Origin: an uncultured Actinomycetota bacterium
GTDB taxonomy: Bacteria; Actinomycetota; Actinomycetes; JAHEKZ01
DNA length: 64,000 bases
Assembly (NCBI GenBank): GCA_963718235.1
Contig: CAVQYR010000001.1
Location: forward strand, 1,728,001 to 1,792,000
Direction of reading: 5' to 3'
Shown here piece by piece: positions 44,809-54,246 of the stretch; position 1 is the stretch's first letter, and each line of letters starts with the position of its first letter. The translations under genes and the position numbers were made by a program. The notes below the pieces were generated by a model. That model was given only the letters and a program-made list of their open reading frames with translations, was not told the origin of the DNA and ran no database searches.

Positions 44809-47520
44809 TCAGGCGTCGCGACCCTCGCTGACCACCCCGCGACGGATCGCCCCGATGGCAGTGCGCGCGGCGCTCTGCAGGGCTGGGTCGTCGGTCGCCA
44901 CGGCGAGCTGTCCGAGCAGGTCGACCAGCTGCTTGGTCCAGCGCACGAAGTCACCGGCGGTGAGCTCGGCCTCGTGCAGGACGTCGTCGAGGCGATGTCC
45001 GCTCGCCCATCGGTACGCCGCCCAGGCGAATCCAGCGTCGGGCACCCGGGTGAAGTCCAACCGGTGCTCGCGCTCGAGGGCGCGCAGGTCGCCGGCCAGC
45101 CGCATCGTGGCCTCGATGGCGTCCCGACCGCGCCCGCCGGGCAGCTTGGGACTCGAGGCGTCGTCGCGACGTGCCTCGTAGACGAGCAGGGACACCGCAG
45201 CCGCGAGCTCGGCGGGGGTGAGGTCGCGCCACACGTCCTCGCGCAGGCACTCGGCGGCCACGAGGTCGAGCTCGCCGTAGATCCGGGCCAGCCGCTCCCC
45301 CGCGGGCAGCACAGCGTCGCCGTCGACGTACCCGAGCTCCTCCAGCACGGTCAGCACCCGGTCGAAGGTCCGGGCGATGGTGTTGGTTCTCGTCTCGATG
45401 CGCTGCTCGACGCCCTCGGTCTCCCGCTTCAGCCTGTGGTAGCGCTCGGCCCAGCGGGCGTGGTCCTCACGCTCGGCGCACCCGTGGCAGGGGTGCGCGC
45501 GAAGCGCAGCCCGAAGGTCGAGCAGCATGACGTCGTCGGCGGCCGATGACCGATTGCGCGAGCGGCTGCGGGGTGGCAGGTCGACGCTGCGCAACCGGTT
45601 GCCCAGGTCGCGGCGGGCCTGGGCGTTGCGGGCGTTGAACGACTTGGGCAGCTTGAGCCGGTCCAGCGCCTGCATCGGTGCGGTCACCTCGGTCGGCGAG
45701 ATGCGCCTGACCTGTCCACGCTGGGTCATCACGACGACCCGGGGCGGCTCGTCTCGGCGGTGCGGGTCGCGCTCACTGCTCAACACGACGGCCACGCCTG
45801 CCCGCTTGCCCCCCGGGACCTCGACGACGTCGCCCGGCTGTAGCCGGGACAGTGACGCCTCGGCCTCCGCCCGTCGGGATGCGCTGCTGGCGCGGGCGAG
45901 CTCCTTCTCCCGCTCGCTGAGGGACGCCCGCAGCGAGGAGTACTCGACGAAGTCACCGAGGTGGCAGGTCAGCGAGGTCTCGTACCCCGCGAGCGTCTCC
46001 TCGTTACGTCGCACCTGTCGGGCGAGTCCGACGACGGCCCGGTCGGCCTGGAACTGGGCGAACGACGACTCGAGCACCTCACGGGCGGTGTGGCGCCCCA
46101 TCTGCCGGACGAGGTTGACCGCCATGTTGTAGGTCGGCCGGAACGACGACCGCAGCGGGTAGGTGCGGGTCGACGCGAGTCCGGCCACGGCCCGCGGGTC
46201 GAATCCGGGTTGCCACAGCACGACGGCGTCACCCTCGACGTCGATTCCGCGCCGGCCCGCCCGTCCGGTGAGCTGGGTGTACTCGGCGGGCGTCACATCG
46301 GCATGGGCCTGACCGTTCCACTTGCTCAGCTTCTCGAGGACCACGGTGCGGGCGGGCATGTTGATGCCGAGAGCGAGGGTCTCGGTGGCGAACACGGCCT
46401 GGATGAGCCCTCCGGCGAACAGCTCCTCGACGACCTCCTTGAAGGCGGGAAGCAGGCCGGCATGGTGGGCGGCGAACCCGCGCTCGAGGCCTTCGAGCCA
46501 CTCGCCATAGCCGAGCACGCGCAGGTCGTCGTCGGGGAGGTGGGCGGTGCGTTCCTCGGCGATCCGCCGGATCTCGTCGCGCACGTCCAAGGAGGCCAGG
46601 CGCACTCCCGCCCCGAGCAGCTGGCGAACCGCCGCGTCGCACCCGGCGCGGCTGAAGATGAAGACGATGGCCGGGAGGAGGTCGCGCCGACCCAGTGCCT
46701 CGACGACATCGGCGCGGGTGGGCACGCCAGGGGGTCTGCCCCGACGTTCACCACGCTTGGGGCGATGACCGCGAAGTCGGGTGAGCTTCTCCTCGTCCCG
46801 GGCCAGGCGCAGCAGCTCGGGGTTGACCTCCCGCTGGTCGTCGTCGACGAACAGGTCGAACAGCCGGCTTCCGACCTGCACCTGCTGCCACAGGGGAACC
46901 GGTCGGTGCTCGCTGACCACGATCTCGGTCTTGCCTCGCACCTCCCCGAGCCAGTCGCCGAACTCCTCGGCGTTGCTCACCGTGGCCGACAGCGCAGCGA
47001 CGGTGACCGACTCCGGCAGGTGGATGATCACCTCCTCCCACACGGCGCCGCGTGAACGGTCAGCCAGGTAGTGGACCTCGTCCATGACGACGAAGCCGAG
47101 GTTGGCCAATGTGCCGGAACCGGCGTAGAGCATGTTGCGCAGAACCTCGGTCGTCATCACGACGACGGGGGCCTCGCCGTTGATCGAGTTGTCCCCGGTG
47201 AGCAGACCCACCTGCCCGGTGCCGTACCGCTCGACCAAGTCGTTGAACTTCTGGTTCGACAGCGCCTTGATCGGCGTGGTGTAAAAGCACTTCTGCCCCC
47301 GGGCCAGCGCCAGGTGAATGGCGAACTCCCCCACCACCGTCTTCCCGGAGCCGGTCGGTGCGGCCACCAGCACGCCGAGGCCGGACTCCAGGGCCCGGGC
47401 CGCCTCGAGCTGGAACTCGTCGAGACCGAACGGGTAGTGGTCGGCGAACGCGGCGAGCTCGGTTCGGTTGTCACGTTGACGCTCACGCGCCGCGGCGTAG
47501 CGCTCGGCCGGGGTGGTCAC
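44809..47520 (-). CDS. helY: Ski2-like DEAH RNA helicase HelY
   Basis: APTGSGKT, PIKALSNQK, DEVH, SAT, ATETLALGINMPA, GRAGRRG, DSHCT tail. Confidence 0.93.
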   Translation of the reverse strand: MTTPAERYAAARERQRDNRTELAAFADHYPFGLDEFQLEAARALESGLGVLVAAPTGSGKTVVGEFAIHLALARGQKCFYTTPIKALSNQKFNDLVERYGTGQVGLLTGDNSINGEAPVVVMTTEVLRNMLYAGSGTLANLGFVVMDEVHYLADRSRGAVWEEVIIHLPESVTVAALSATVSNAEEFGDWLGEVRGKTEIVVSEHRPVPLWQQVQVGSRLFDLFVDDDQREVNPELLRLARDEEKLTRLRGHRPKRGERRGRPPGVPTRADVVEALGRRDLLPAIVFIFSRAGCDAAVRQLLGAGVRLASLDVRDEIRRIAEERTAHLPDDDLRVLGYGEWLEGLERGFAAHHAGLLPAFKEVVEELFAGGLIQAVFATETLALGINMPARTVVLEKLSKWNGQAHADVTPAEYTQLTGRAGRRGIDVEGDAVVLWQPGFDPRAVAGLASTRTYPLRSSFRPTYNMAVNLVRQMGRHTAREVLESSFAQFQADRAVVGLARQVRRNEETLAGYETSLTCHLGDFVEYSSLRASLSEREKELARASSASRRAEAEASLSRLQPGDVVEVPGGKRAGVAVVLSSERDPHRRDEPPRVVVMTQRGQVRRISPTEVTAPMQALDRLKLPKSFNARNAQARRDLGNRLRSVDLPPRSRSRNRSSAADDVMLLDLRAALRAHPCHGCAEREDHARWAERYHRLKRETEGVEQRIETRTNTIARTFDRVLTVLEELGYVDGDAVLPAGERLARIYGELDLVAAECLREDVWRDLTPAELAAAVSLLVYEARRDDASSPKLPGGRGRDAIEATMRLAGDLRALEREHRLDFTRVPDAGFAWAAYRWASGHRLDDVLHEAELTAGDFVRWTKQLVDLLGQLAVATDDPALQSAARTAIGAIRRGVVSEGRDA

Positions 47521-47527
47521 CTCGACC

Positions 47528-48427
47528 TCAACGGTCGTCGGACGTCGGGTCGTCGTCGAGCGTGGTCGGGACGATCGGCTCGGGTGCCTCGATCGTCGAC
47601 GCGGCATCGTCATCGAGGTCGGCGAGTCCGCTGTCGTGTGCACGTCGGTCCCGGCGCCGGTCGTTGAGCCAGCAGATCCCCAGCGCGATCACGATGAGCA
47701 GGAGCATGGGTGTGGCGAGCAGCAGCATCGTCTGCGGGTCGCCGGACGGGGTGGCAACCGCGGCGAACACGAACGTGGCGAAGATGATCCACCGCCAGGC
47801 CCGCGCAAGGACCCCGGCGGACAGGACTCCGGCGAAGTTCAGCGCCACGATGAAGACCGGAACCAGGAAGGAGACGCCGAACACCAGGATCGTGCGGATG
47901 AAGAACGAGAGGTACCGGTCGACGCTGAGCAGGTTGGCGACGTCCTGGGGCGTGAATCCGAGCAGCAGACCGAGGCCCTTGGGCAGCAGGTAGTAGCCAA
48001 GGGCGACACCGAACAGGAAGAGGGGCACCGTCACGGCGAGGAACACGAAGCTCCAGCGACGCTCGTGCTTGTGCAGCCCCGGTGTGACGAACCGCCAGAC
48101 CTGGTAGATCCACACCGGCGAGGCAGCGATCACCCCGACCATCAGGGAGATCTTGAGCTGGGTCATGAACGCACCGGTGATGTCGTTGAAGACCAGCGAC
48201 ACCTGGCGCCCCTCGGCCTGGGCGCGTTCCATGACTCCGTCCAGGGGATGCTGGACGATCGCAAAGACGGGGTCGTAGTAGATCCAGGCGAGGACTGCGC
48301 CGACGCCGATCGCCAGGAACGACTTGACCAGACGGGACCGCAGCTCCCGAAGGTGCGCGGACAGGGGCATACGTCCCCCGTCGTCAGGCGCCGGTGTGGT
48401 GCGCGCCGTGGTGTCGGACGTCGTCAT
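47528..48427 (-). CDS. tatC: Twin-arginine translocase subunit TatC
   Basis: M.L..HL.ELR.RL, YQVW.F.TPGL...ER, ATP..DP. Confidence 0.95.
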   Translation of the reverse strand: MTTSDTTARTTPAPDDGGRMPLSAHLRELRSRLVKSFLAIGVGAVLAWIYYDPVFAIVQHPLDGVMERAQAEGRQVSLVFNDITGAFMTQLKISLMVGVIAASPVWIYQVWRFVTPGLHKHERRWSFVFLAVTVPLFLFGVALGYYLLPKGLGLLLGFTPQDVANLLSVDRYLSFFIRTILVFGVSFLVPVFIVALNFAGVLSAGVLARAWRWIIFATFVFAAVATPSGDPQTMLLLATPMLLLIVIALGICWLNDRRRDRRAHDSGLADLDDDAASTIEAPEPIVPTTLDDDPTSDDR

Positions 48428-48456
48428 GGCCGGACGGTCGGCCTACCTCGACTCGC

Positions 48457-48723
48457 TCAGCGCTCGGCGGGGTCGGGCTTGGTCTCCGACTGGGTGGCGT
48501 TGTCGACGACCGGCGGAGTCGAGCGGACCTCGTCCGGCTTGGCGGCGATCTGCTCGGGCGCCTTGCCGTCGGCGTCGTCGTCGTTGGCGGCCTTGACCTC
48601 GGACTTGAAGATCCGCAGCGAGCGACCGAGGCCACGCGCGGTGTCGGGAAGTCGCTTGGCGCCGAAGAGCAGCAGGACGACGAGCAGGATGAGGATGATC
48701 TCGGGGGCCTGAAGGCTGGGCAT
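48457..48723 (-). CDS. tatA: Twin-arginine translocase subunit TatA
   Basis: [31 protein letters not shown]; RBS AAGGA. Confidence 0.95.
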   Translation of the reverse strand: MPSLQAPEIILILLVVLLLFGAKRLPDTARGLGRSLRIFKSEVKAANDDDADGKAPEQIAAKPDEVRSTPPVVDNATQSETKPDPAER

Positions 48724-48810
48724 GGGGGAATCCTTCGCAGGTCTCGCTCGTGACATCAGACATCCGAGCTCGGGGACAACTCTCTGCCGATGGTACGCCG
48801 CCAAAGGGCC

Positions 48811-49143
48811 TCAGTGGTGGATCGGGCTCCCGGCGCCCTCGGCCACCAGGTCGTGGCTGTCGAGCCACAGGGCGAAGTCGAGCAGCTCGTCGTAGCTGAT
48901 CACGGCCCCGTAGTGCTCCTCCATCGCCTCCGCGGGGATGTGCCAGGGCGTGGCAGCGACCCCCCCGGACATGAGCAGGGCGACGATCTCGTCGTCGGCC
49001 GGCTTGCGAACCTCGTCGTTGCAGGTCGGGCAGCAGAAGGCGTAGTGGGACCACTCCGAGCGGGTGCAGACCACGAGTCGCATCTGATCGGGTGTGAGCT
49101 CGACATCTCCGCACACCGGACACGACGCCTTGATCGTCGTCAT
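48811..49143 (-). CDS. Small Cys-rich (zinc-ribbon-like) hypothetical protein
   Basis: MTTIKASCPVCGDVELT...Y.FCCPTC...I.YDELLDF; RBS GGGGAGG. Confidence 0.8.
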   Translation of the reverse strand: MTTIKASCPVCGDVELTPDQMRLVVCTRSEWSHYAFCCPTCNDEVRKPADDEIVALLMSGGVAATPWHIPAEAMEEHYGAVISYDELLDFALWLDSHDLVAEGAGSPIHH

Positions 49144-49229
49144 GGCCAGCACCTCCCCTCGGCGGTCGCCCGGATCTGCCGGGCTGTTGAGTGAGGTTCG
49201 GCAGCCAGCGGCCGAATCTGAAGGACCCG

Positions 49230-50180
49230 TCAGGAGTAGCCCTTCAGGGCCAGCTCGGCCTCGCGGCGCACCGCTTCGCCCACCTGGGGAGGGTCGATGA
49301 CCCGCGCGGCGCCACCCATCCGGAGCATCAGGCGACGCAGCCACCCGGTGTCGCCGACCCGCAGCTGAACCAGAGCCCCGCCATCGGCGGACTCGATGAC
49401 CGACTCGACCGGGTACGCCTCGACGAGCCAGCGCCCGGCCGGTGTGACGGCCACGGTGGCCAGGGTCTGTGCCTCGTCGGGGGCGAAGACGTCGTCGTCG
49501 AGGTCTGCTCGCCCGGCACCCGGTGGGACGTCGGCGGCGACGTCCAGCTCGGTGACCTCCGCGATCCGGTCGAGGCGGAAGATCCGGGTGGCCTCGGCCG
49601 TGCGGCACCACCCCTCCAGGTAGGTGCGACCTCCCAGCACGACGAGCCGAATGGGGTCGACGTCGCGGCTGGTCACCTCATCGCGGGCCGGGACGTAGTA
49701 GCGCAGGTGCACCCGGTGCCTGTTCTCGAGGGCGGGCCTCAGCTGCGCCAGCACCTCGGCGTCCCCCTCGACCTGGACGGCGATCCGCTCGGCCCCGTCG
49801 GCAGCATCTCCGGCCGCGGTCTGCAGCTTGGCCATCGTGCGGTCCAGCGCGTCGCGGTCATGGCCTCCGGGCACGGCGGCCAGGGTGCGCAGCCCGACGA
49901 GGAGGGCCAGGGCCTCGTCCGGGCCCAGCCGCAGCGGGCGGGCGATGGTGTCGGCGTTGCTCACCACGATGGTGTCGCCGTCGAGGCTCACGTCGATCAG
50001 GTCGTCGGGCAGGTGTCCGGGCAGTCCGCACAGGAAGGCCAGCTCGAGGTCCTTGCGCAGCTGGGCGGGCGTGACACCGAACTCAGCGGCGGCCACGTCG
50101 ACGCCCACGCCAGGCCTGGCGAGCAGCCACGGGATCAGGGCCAGCAGCCGGGACAGCTGCGCGACCGCGCTGGCGGCCAT
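49230..50180 (-). CDS. pafC: WYL-domain transcriptional activator PafC
   Basis: QLSRLLALIPWL, CGLPG..PDDLID, R.VDP, YLEGWC...R.FRLDRI. Confidence 0.92.
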   Translation of the reverse strand: MAASAVAQLSRLLALIPWLLARPGVGVDVAAAEFGVTPAQLRKDLELAFLCGLPGHLPDDLIDVSLDGDTIVVSNADTIARPLRLGPDEALALLVGLRTLAAVPGGHDRDALDRTMAKLQTAAGDAADGAERIAVQVEGDAEVLAQLRPALENRHRVHLRYYVPARDEVTSRDVDPIRLVVLGGRTYLEGWCRTAEATRIFRLDRIAEVTELDVAADVPPGAGRADLDDDVFAPDEAQTLATVAVTPAGRWLVEAYPVESVIESADGGALVQLRVGDTGWLRRLMLRMGGAARVIDPPQVGEAVRREAELALKGYS

Positions 50181-51145
50181 CAGGCGACCTCGTCCACGAG
50201 GCGCTTCAACCGCCGGACCACGGCCTCCCGGAGCTCGGTCGGCTCCTGCGCCACGACATCGGCCCCGTACCCGCACAGCTCGACGGCGAGGGTCTCGGCG
50301 TCCTGGTAGCGCACCTGAACCCGGTCCCACCCCTCGGAGCCCGAAGCGACGACCCGCCCGCGCCGGCGCAAGGGGTGCGCAGCCCCGGCGCGGACGTCGA
50401 CGACGGCCGTCTGCTCGGCGGCAGGGGGGGCCAGCATCGCAACCTGGTGGCGCACGTCGACCCCGGCCGGGACCTGGACCGTCCCCGGCGCACCGGTGAA
50501 CGTCACCGGGCCGTCGATCCGGGACAGCCGGAACACCCGCGAGTCCGCACGGTCGGTGTCGTGCCCCACGACGTACCAGCGGCCGTGCCAGGACACGACC
50601 CCCCAGGGCTCCACGGCCCTGGTCGCCGGCGTGGCCGCCCCGGAGCGTCGGTAGTCGAAGCGCACCGGACGGCGGTCGCGGACGGCCTCGTACAGGGCCG
50701 CGAACGCCGGCTCGGCGGCCGTGACCCGAGGCTCGACGACTCCCAGCCCGGCCGGGTCGATGTCGGCCCCGCCGGCCTGCAGCTTGCGCACCGCCTGCCC
50801 GGCGGCCTGGGCCAGGGTCGCCTGCTGCCAGGCCCGGGCGGCGAGTCCCAGCACCGCCAGCTCGTCGGGCTCGAAGGTGATCTCGGGCAGTGCGTACGCG
50901 TCACGTGGGATCCGGTAGCCGACCTCGTCCTCGAACCACGCGCTGTTCGACCCGGTGACGAGGGGGATTCCCATCTCCCGCAGGTCGTCCTTGTCCCGCT
51001 CGAACATCCGCTCGAAGGCCTCGTCGGACTCGCAGCGGGCGTACTGCGGCACGGCCAGCCGGATCTGCTCGCGGGCGAGGAACTGCCGCGTCGACAGCAG
51101 ACAGATGACCAGGTTGAGCAGACGCTCGGTTCGAGTGGCGGACAC
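50180..51145 (-). CDS. pafB: WYL-domain transcriptional activator PafB
   Basis: ERLLNLVICLL, AFERMFERDK..LR..GIP, R.VEPWG...GRWYVVG.D..R...R.FRLSRI; TAGCCT 7 nt before the GTG. Confidence 0.93.
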   Translation of the reverse strand: MSATRTERLLNLVICLLSTRQFLAREQIRLAVPQYARCESDEAFERMFERDKDDLREMGIPLVTGSNSAWFEDEVGYRIPRDAYALPEITFEPDELAVLGLAARAWQQATLAQAAGQAVRKLQAGGADIDPAGLGVVEPRVTAAEPAFAALYEAVRDRRPVRFDYRRSGAATPATRAVEPWGVVSWHGRWYVVGHDTDRADSRVFRLSRIDGPVTFTGAPGTVQVPAGVDVRHQVAMLAPPAAEQTAVVDVRAGAAHPLRRRGRVVASGSEGWDRVQVRYQDAETLAVELCGYGADVVAQEPTELREAVVRRLKRLVDEVA

Positions 51146-51301
51146 GAGGCGAAGGCTAGCCCGGCCGGCGATGCCGGCCGAAGTTCCGGTCGGTCCTCCG
51201 GCGTGCCGTCGTCAGCGAACGGGCCGGACCGGTCATGGTGGTGGCTGGTGCGGGCGACCGCGTGGGTCGCCCATTCCCCGCACCGTGCCTTTGGAGTCGC
51301 G

Positions 51302-51616
51302 ATGACCCTCGTCACGCCCCACGCCCCCGTTGCGCCCCACCCGGCCGGGACGACGCTGCGCCACCCTGACCTCGTCGCCATCGGCGCCGTCGCCTGTGCC
51401 CTCGCGGCCGTCGGCGCGACGGCGCTTCCCGTTGCGCTGATCTGCTGCCCGCTGCTTGCCCTGGTCGCAGTTGCCACCGGCATCGCGAGTCTCGGGGGCT
51501 CGGGCCACGGCCACCGCCTCGGACGCTCGATGGCCGCAGTCGGTGTCGCCTTGGGCGGTGTGGTGCTCGTCGGGTCGTTCGCGGCACTGCTGCTGCTGGC
51601 CCGGTTCGCGCTGTAG
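51302..51616 (+). CDS. Small hydrophobic membrane protein (DUF4190-like)
   Basis: RBS GGAG; hydrophobic segments, LA..A..TG..SL...GR.MA..G..LG pattern. Confidence 0.55.
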   Translation: MTLVTPHAPVAPHPAGTTLRHPDLVAIGAVACALAAVGATALPVALICCPLLALVAVATGIASLGGSGHGHRLGRSMAAVGVALGGVVLVGSFAALLLLARFAL

Positions 51617-51647
51617 CCCCTCGCGCACCCCGGCTACGCTGCCCCGC

Positions 51648-52739
51648 GTGATCACCTGGCGCTCGGGCACGGTCGTGGCCGAGCGTCGGGCCTGGGCCGG
51701 CGCCCGTGAGCTCGAGGTCCGACTGGCCGACGGCGGTGACGTGGTTGCGGCTCTCGCCTACCCCGACCTGGTCGGTGAGCCCGAGCCCGGCGACCGGGTG
51801 CTGCTGAACACCAGCGCCCTCGACCTGGGGCTGGGCACGGGGGGCTTCGCGCTGGTCGTGGCGATCCCGGACCGGCTGCCGGAGGACCCGGTGGGGCCTG
51901 GCCATCTGGTCAAGGCTCGCTACACGCCGCTGCAGACCACGGTGCTCGGCGTCGACGAGCAGGACTCCACCCACCATGTTCTGCTGAAGGACGCCGACGG
52001 GCTGGACGGGTTGCCGGTGGTCGTGGCCGACCTGCACTCTGCCCTGCCGGCGGTGGTCGCCGGGATCCGGGCGGGTCGGCCCGGGGCCACCGTGGCGTAC
52101 GTCGCCACCGACGGCGGTGCTCTGCCCCTGGCCTTCTCGCGCACCGTCGCCGCGCTGAGAGAGGCCGACTGGCTGGCCGGCACAGTGACCGTCGGCCAGG
52201 CCTTCGGCGGTGACCTCGAGGCCGTGACCGTGCACAACGGTCTGCTGGCCGCTGCCCTGGTGCTTCGGGCCGACGTGGTCGTGGTCACCCAGGGTCCGGG
52301 CAACCTGGGCACCGACACCCGGTGGGGGTTCTCCGGCGTCGCGGCGGGTGAGGTGGTCAACGCCGTGGCGGCGCTGGACGGCCGCCCGGTCGCTTCGTTG
52401 CGCGTGTCGCAGGCGGATCCCCGGGTCCGTCACCGCGGGATCTCCCACCACTCGCTGACCGCCTACGGCCGCGTGGCACTGGCCGCCGCCGACGTCGTGG
52501 TGCCCGACCTCCCCGAGCCTTGGGGCTCCACGGTGCGGGCGCAGGCGGAGCTGCTGGGTGGGCGCCACCGACTCGTCAACCAGCGCCTCGACGGGCTGGA
52601 GGACGCCCTGCGTGCCTCACCCGTGACGTTGTCGACCATGGGGCGCGGGTACGACGACGACCCGGCCAGCTTCCTGGCCGCGGCGGCCGCCGGGCGTCAC
52701 GCGGCCGAGCTGGTCAGCCCACCCCGAGCAGGTCGATGA
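51648..52739 (+). CDS. DUF3866 family protein
   Basis: I.WR.G.V, GDRVLLN.SA..LGLGTGG, GHLVKARYTP.Q, DLHS, GQAFGGD.E, GPG.LGT.T.WGFSG, TMGR; TACGCT 7 nt upstream. Confidence 0.85.
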   Translation: MITWRSGTVVAERRAWAGARELEVRLADGGDVVAALAYPDLVGEPEPGDRVLLNTSALDLGLGTGGFALVVAIPDRLPEDPVGPGHLVKARYTPLQTTVLGVDEQDSTHHVLLKDADGLDGLPVVVADLHSALPAVVAGIRAGRPGATVAYVATDGGALPLAFSRTVAALREADWLAGTVTVGQAFGGDLEAVTVHNGLLAAALVLRADVVVVTQGPGNLGTDTRWGFSGVAAGEVVNAVAALDGRPVASLRVSQADPRVRHRGISHHSLTAYGRVALAAADVVVPDLPEPWGSTVRAQAELLGGRHRLVNQRLDGLEDALRASPVTLSTMGRGYDDDPASFLAAAAAGRHAAELVSPPRAGR

Positions 52740-53073
52740 CGAAGATCAGGGTCTTGCCGGACAGCCGGTGGCCCCCTCCGGCCGGCCCGTAGGCCAGGTC
52801 GGGCGGGATGGTCAGCTGGCGGCGTCCGCCTACCCGCATGCCTGGGATGCCCTCCTGCCAGCCCTGGATCAGCCCGCGCAGCGGGAACGAGATGGACTCG
52901 CCGCGGTTCCAGCTGGAGTCGAACTCCTCGCCTGAGTCGAACTCGACCCCGACGTAGTGCACGGTCACGTCGGCACCGGGCGTGGCCTCGGTGCCCTCGC
53001 CCAGCACGAGGTCGCTGATCACGAGCTCGTCCGGGGCGTCACCGCCGGGGAAGTCGATCTCGGGCTTGTCCAT
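52714..53073 (-). CDS. FKBP-type peptidyl-prolyl isomerase (cytoplasmic)
   Basis: VHYVG..FDSSW.RG, LIQGW.EG..GMRVGGRR.L.IPP.LAYG. Confidence 0.94.
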   Translation of the reverse strand: MDKPEIDFPGGDAPDELVISDLVLGEGTEATPGADVTVHYVGVEFDSGEEFDSSWNRGESISFPLRGLIQGWQEGIPGMRVGGRRQLTIPPDLAYGPAGGGHRLSGKTLIFVIDLLGVG

Positions 53074-53135
53074 GGGGCAGCCTTCCTTGGTGCGCGTTCG
53101 GTTCCGATGACGGGGAGACGAAGGTGGAACGGGGC

Positions 53136-54161
53136 TCAGTAGGCGCCCAGGATGTCGACGGCGAAGACCAGCGTGTCGTCACCGGCGATCCCGGCGTCGG
53201 GCTGACCGGCTGAGCCGTAGCCGTCGGCCGGCGGGATCACGAGCAGCAGCCGGCTGCCGACCCGCTGGCCCACCAGACCGTTGTCCCACCCGGCGATGAC
53301 CCCACCGATCCCGATCGGGAACGCGGCCGGTTGCCCGCGGTCCCACGTGGAGTCGAACACCTTGCCGGTCTTCCAGATCTTGCCGAGGTACTGCACGACG
53401 ACGACGTCGCCCTTCTTCACCTTGGGGCCCTTGCCCGTGACGACCGCCGTGGCGAAGAACTTGGGTGGTGCGTCGCCGGGCGGGATCGAGATCTCCGGCT
53501 CCTTGGGGAGGATGGTCACTGCCGGAAGGCTGTCGTCCTCGGTCGGGGACGGTGTGCCCTTGGCGGTCTCGTTCTTGGCGTGGGTGCCCAGGATGTCCAC
53601 GACGAACACCAGCGTGTCGTCACCGGCGATCCCGGCGTCGGGCTGACCGGCTGAGCCGTAGCCGTCGGCCGGCGGGACCACGAGCAGCACCCGGCTGCCG
53701 ACGGTCTGCCCGACCAGTGCCTTGTCCCAGCCGGGGATGACCTGCCCCACCCCGATCCCGAACCCGACCGGCTGGCCGCGCTCGAACGAGGAGTCGAACG
53801 ACCCACCGGACTTCCAGATCTGGCCGAGGTAGTCGACCACCAGGACGTCGCCGCTCGCGACCGTCGCCCCGTCGCCCTTCACCAGGACCTTGGTCTTCAG
53901 TGAGTCCGGTGGGTCGCTGTCGGGGATGGTCACCGTGGGGACCTCGCCGAACCCGCCGTCGACCGTGGGCAGCTGCCCGGAGGCGGCCGGGCTGTCGCTC
54001 GGCTGCTCGGAGGACGGACTCGGGCTCGTCGAGCTCGGGGACGGTGAGTCGCTCGAGGCGACCGGGTCGGTTCCCGAGTCGTTGCCGCATCCGGCCAGGA
54101 GCAGGGTGGACGTCATCGACAGGGCCACGACAGCGGTGCCGATGAGACGGGTACGGCGCAC
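53136..54161 (-). CDS. Two-domain FKBP-type PPIase lipoprotein
   Basis: Lipobox LAGC, Ser/Pro linker, two FKBP domains. Confidence 0.92.
   Translation of the reverse strand: MRRTRLIGTAVVALSMTSTLLLAGCGNDSGTDPVASSDSPSPSSTSPSPSSEQPSDSPAASGQLPTVDGGFGEVPTVTIPDSDPPDSLKTKVLVKGDGATVASGDVLVVDYLGQIWKSGGSFDSSFERGQPVGFGIGVGQVIPGWDKALVGQTVGSRVLLVVPPADGYGSAGQPDAGIAGDDTLVFVVDILGTHAKNETAKGTPSPTEDDSLPAVTILPKEPEISIPPGDAPPKFFATAVVTGKGPKVKKGDVVVVQYLGKIWKTGKVFDSTWDRGQPAAFPIGIGGVIAGWDNGLVGQRVGSRLLLVIPPADGYGSAGQPDAGIAGDDTLVFAVDILGAY
53167..53677. repeat. 70-bp exact direct repeat (53167-53236 and 53608-53677)
   Basis: ACCAGCGTGTCGTCACCGGCGATCCCGGCGTCGGGCTGACCGGCTGAGCCGTAGCCGTCGGCCGGCGGGA occurs twice, 441 bp apart. 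Confidence 0.9.
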
Positions 54162-54246
54162 AGGACTCCTCGAACGGGGCGGAAACGAGTCCCACCCTAG
54201 ACGGGCAGCTCGTGCGGATCGTTCCCGACTCGCGTCAGGTGAGGGG

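Noticed and set aside
49230-51145. WYL proteins as regulators of an anti-phage defence island
   Set aside because: They are canonical PafB/PafC in the conserved paf-tat-helY context, and no defence genes are nearby
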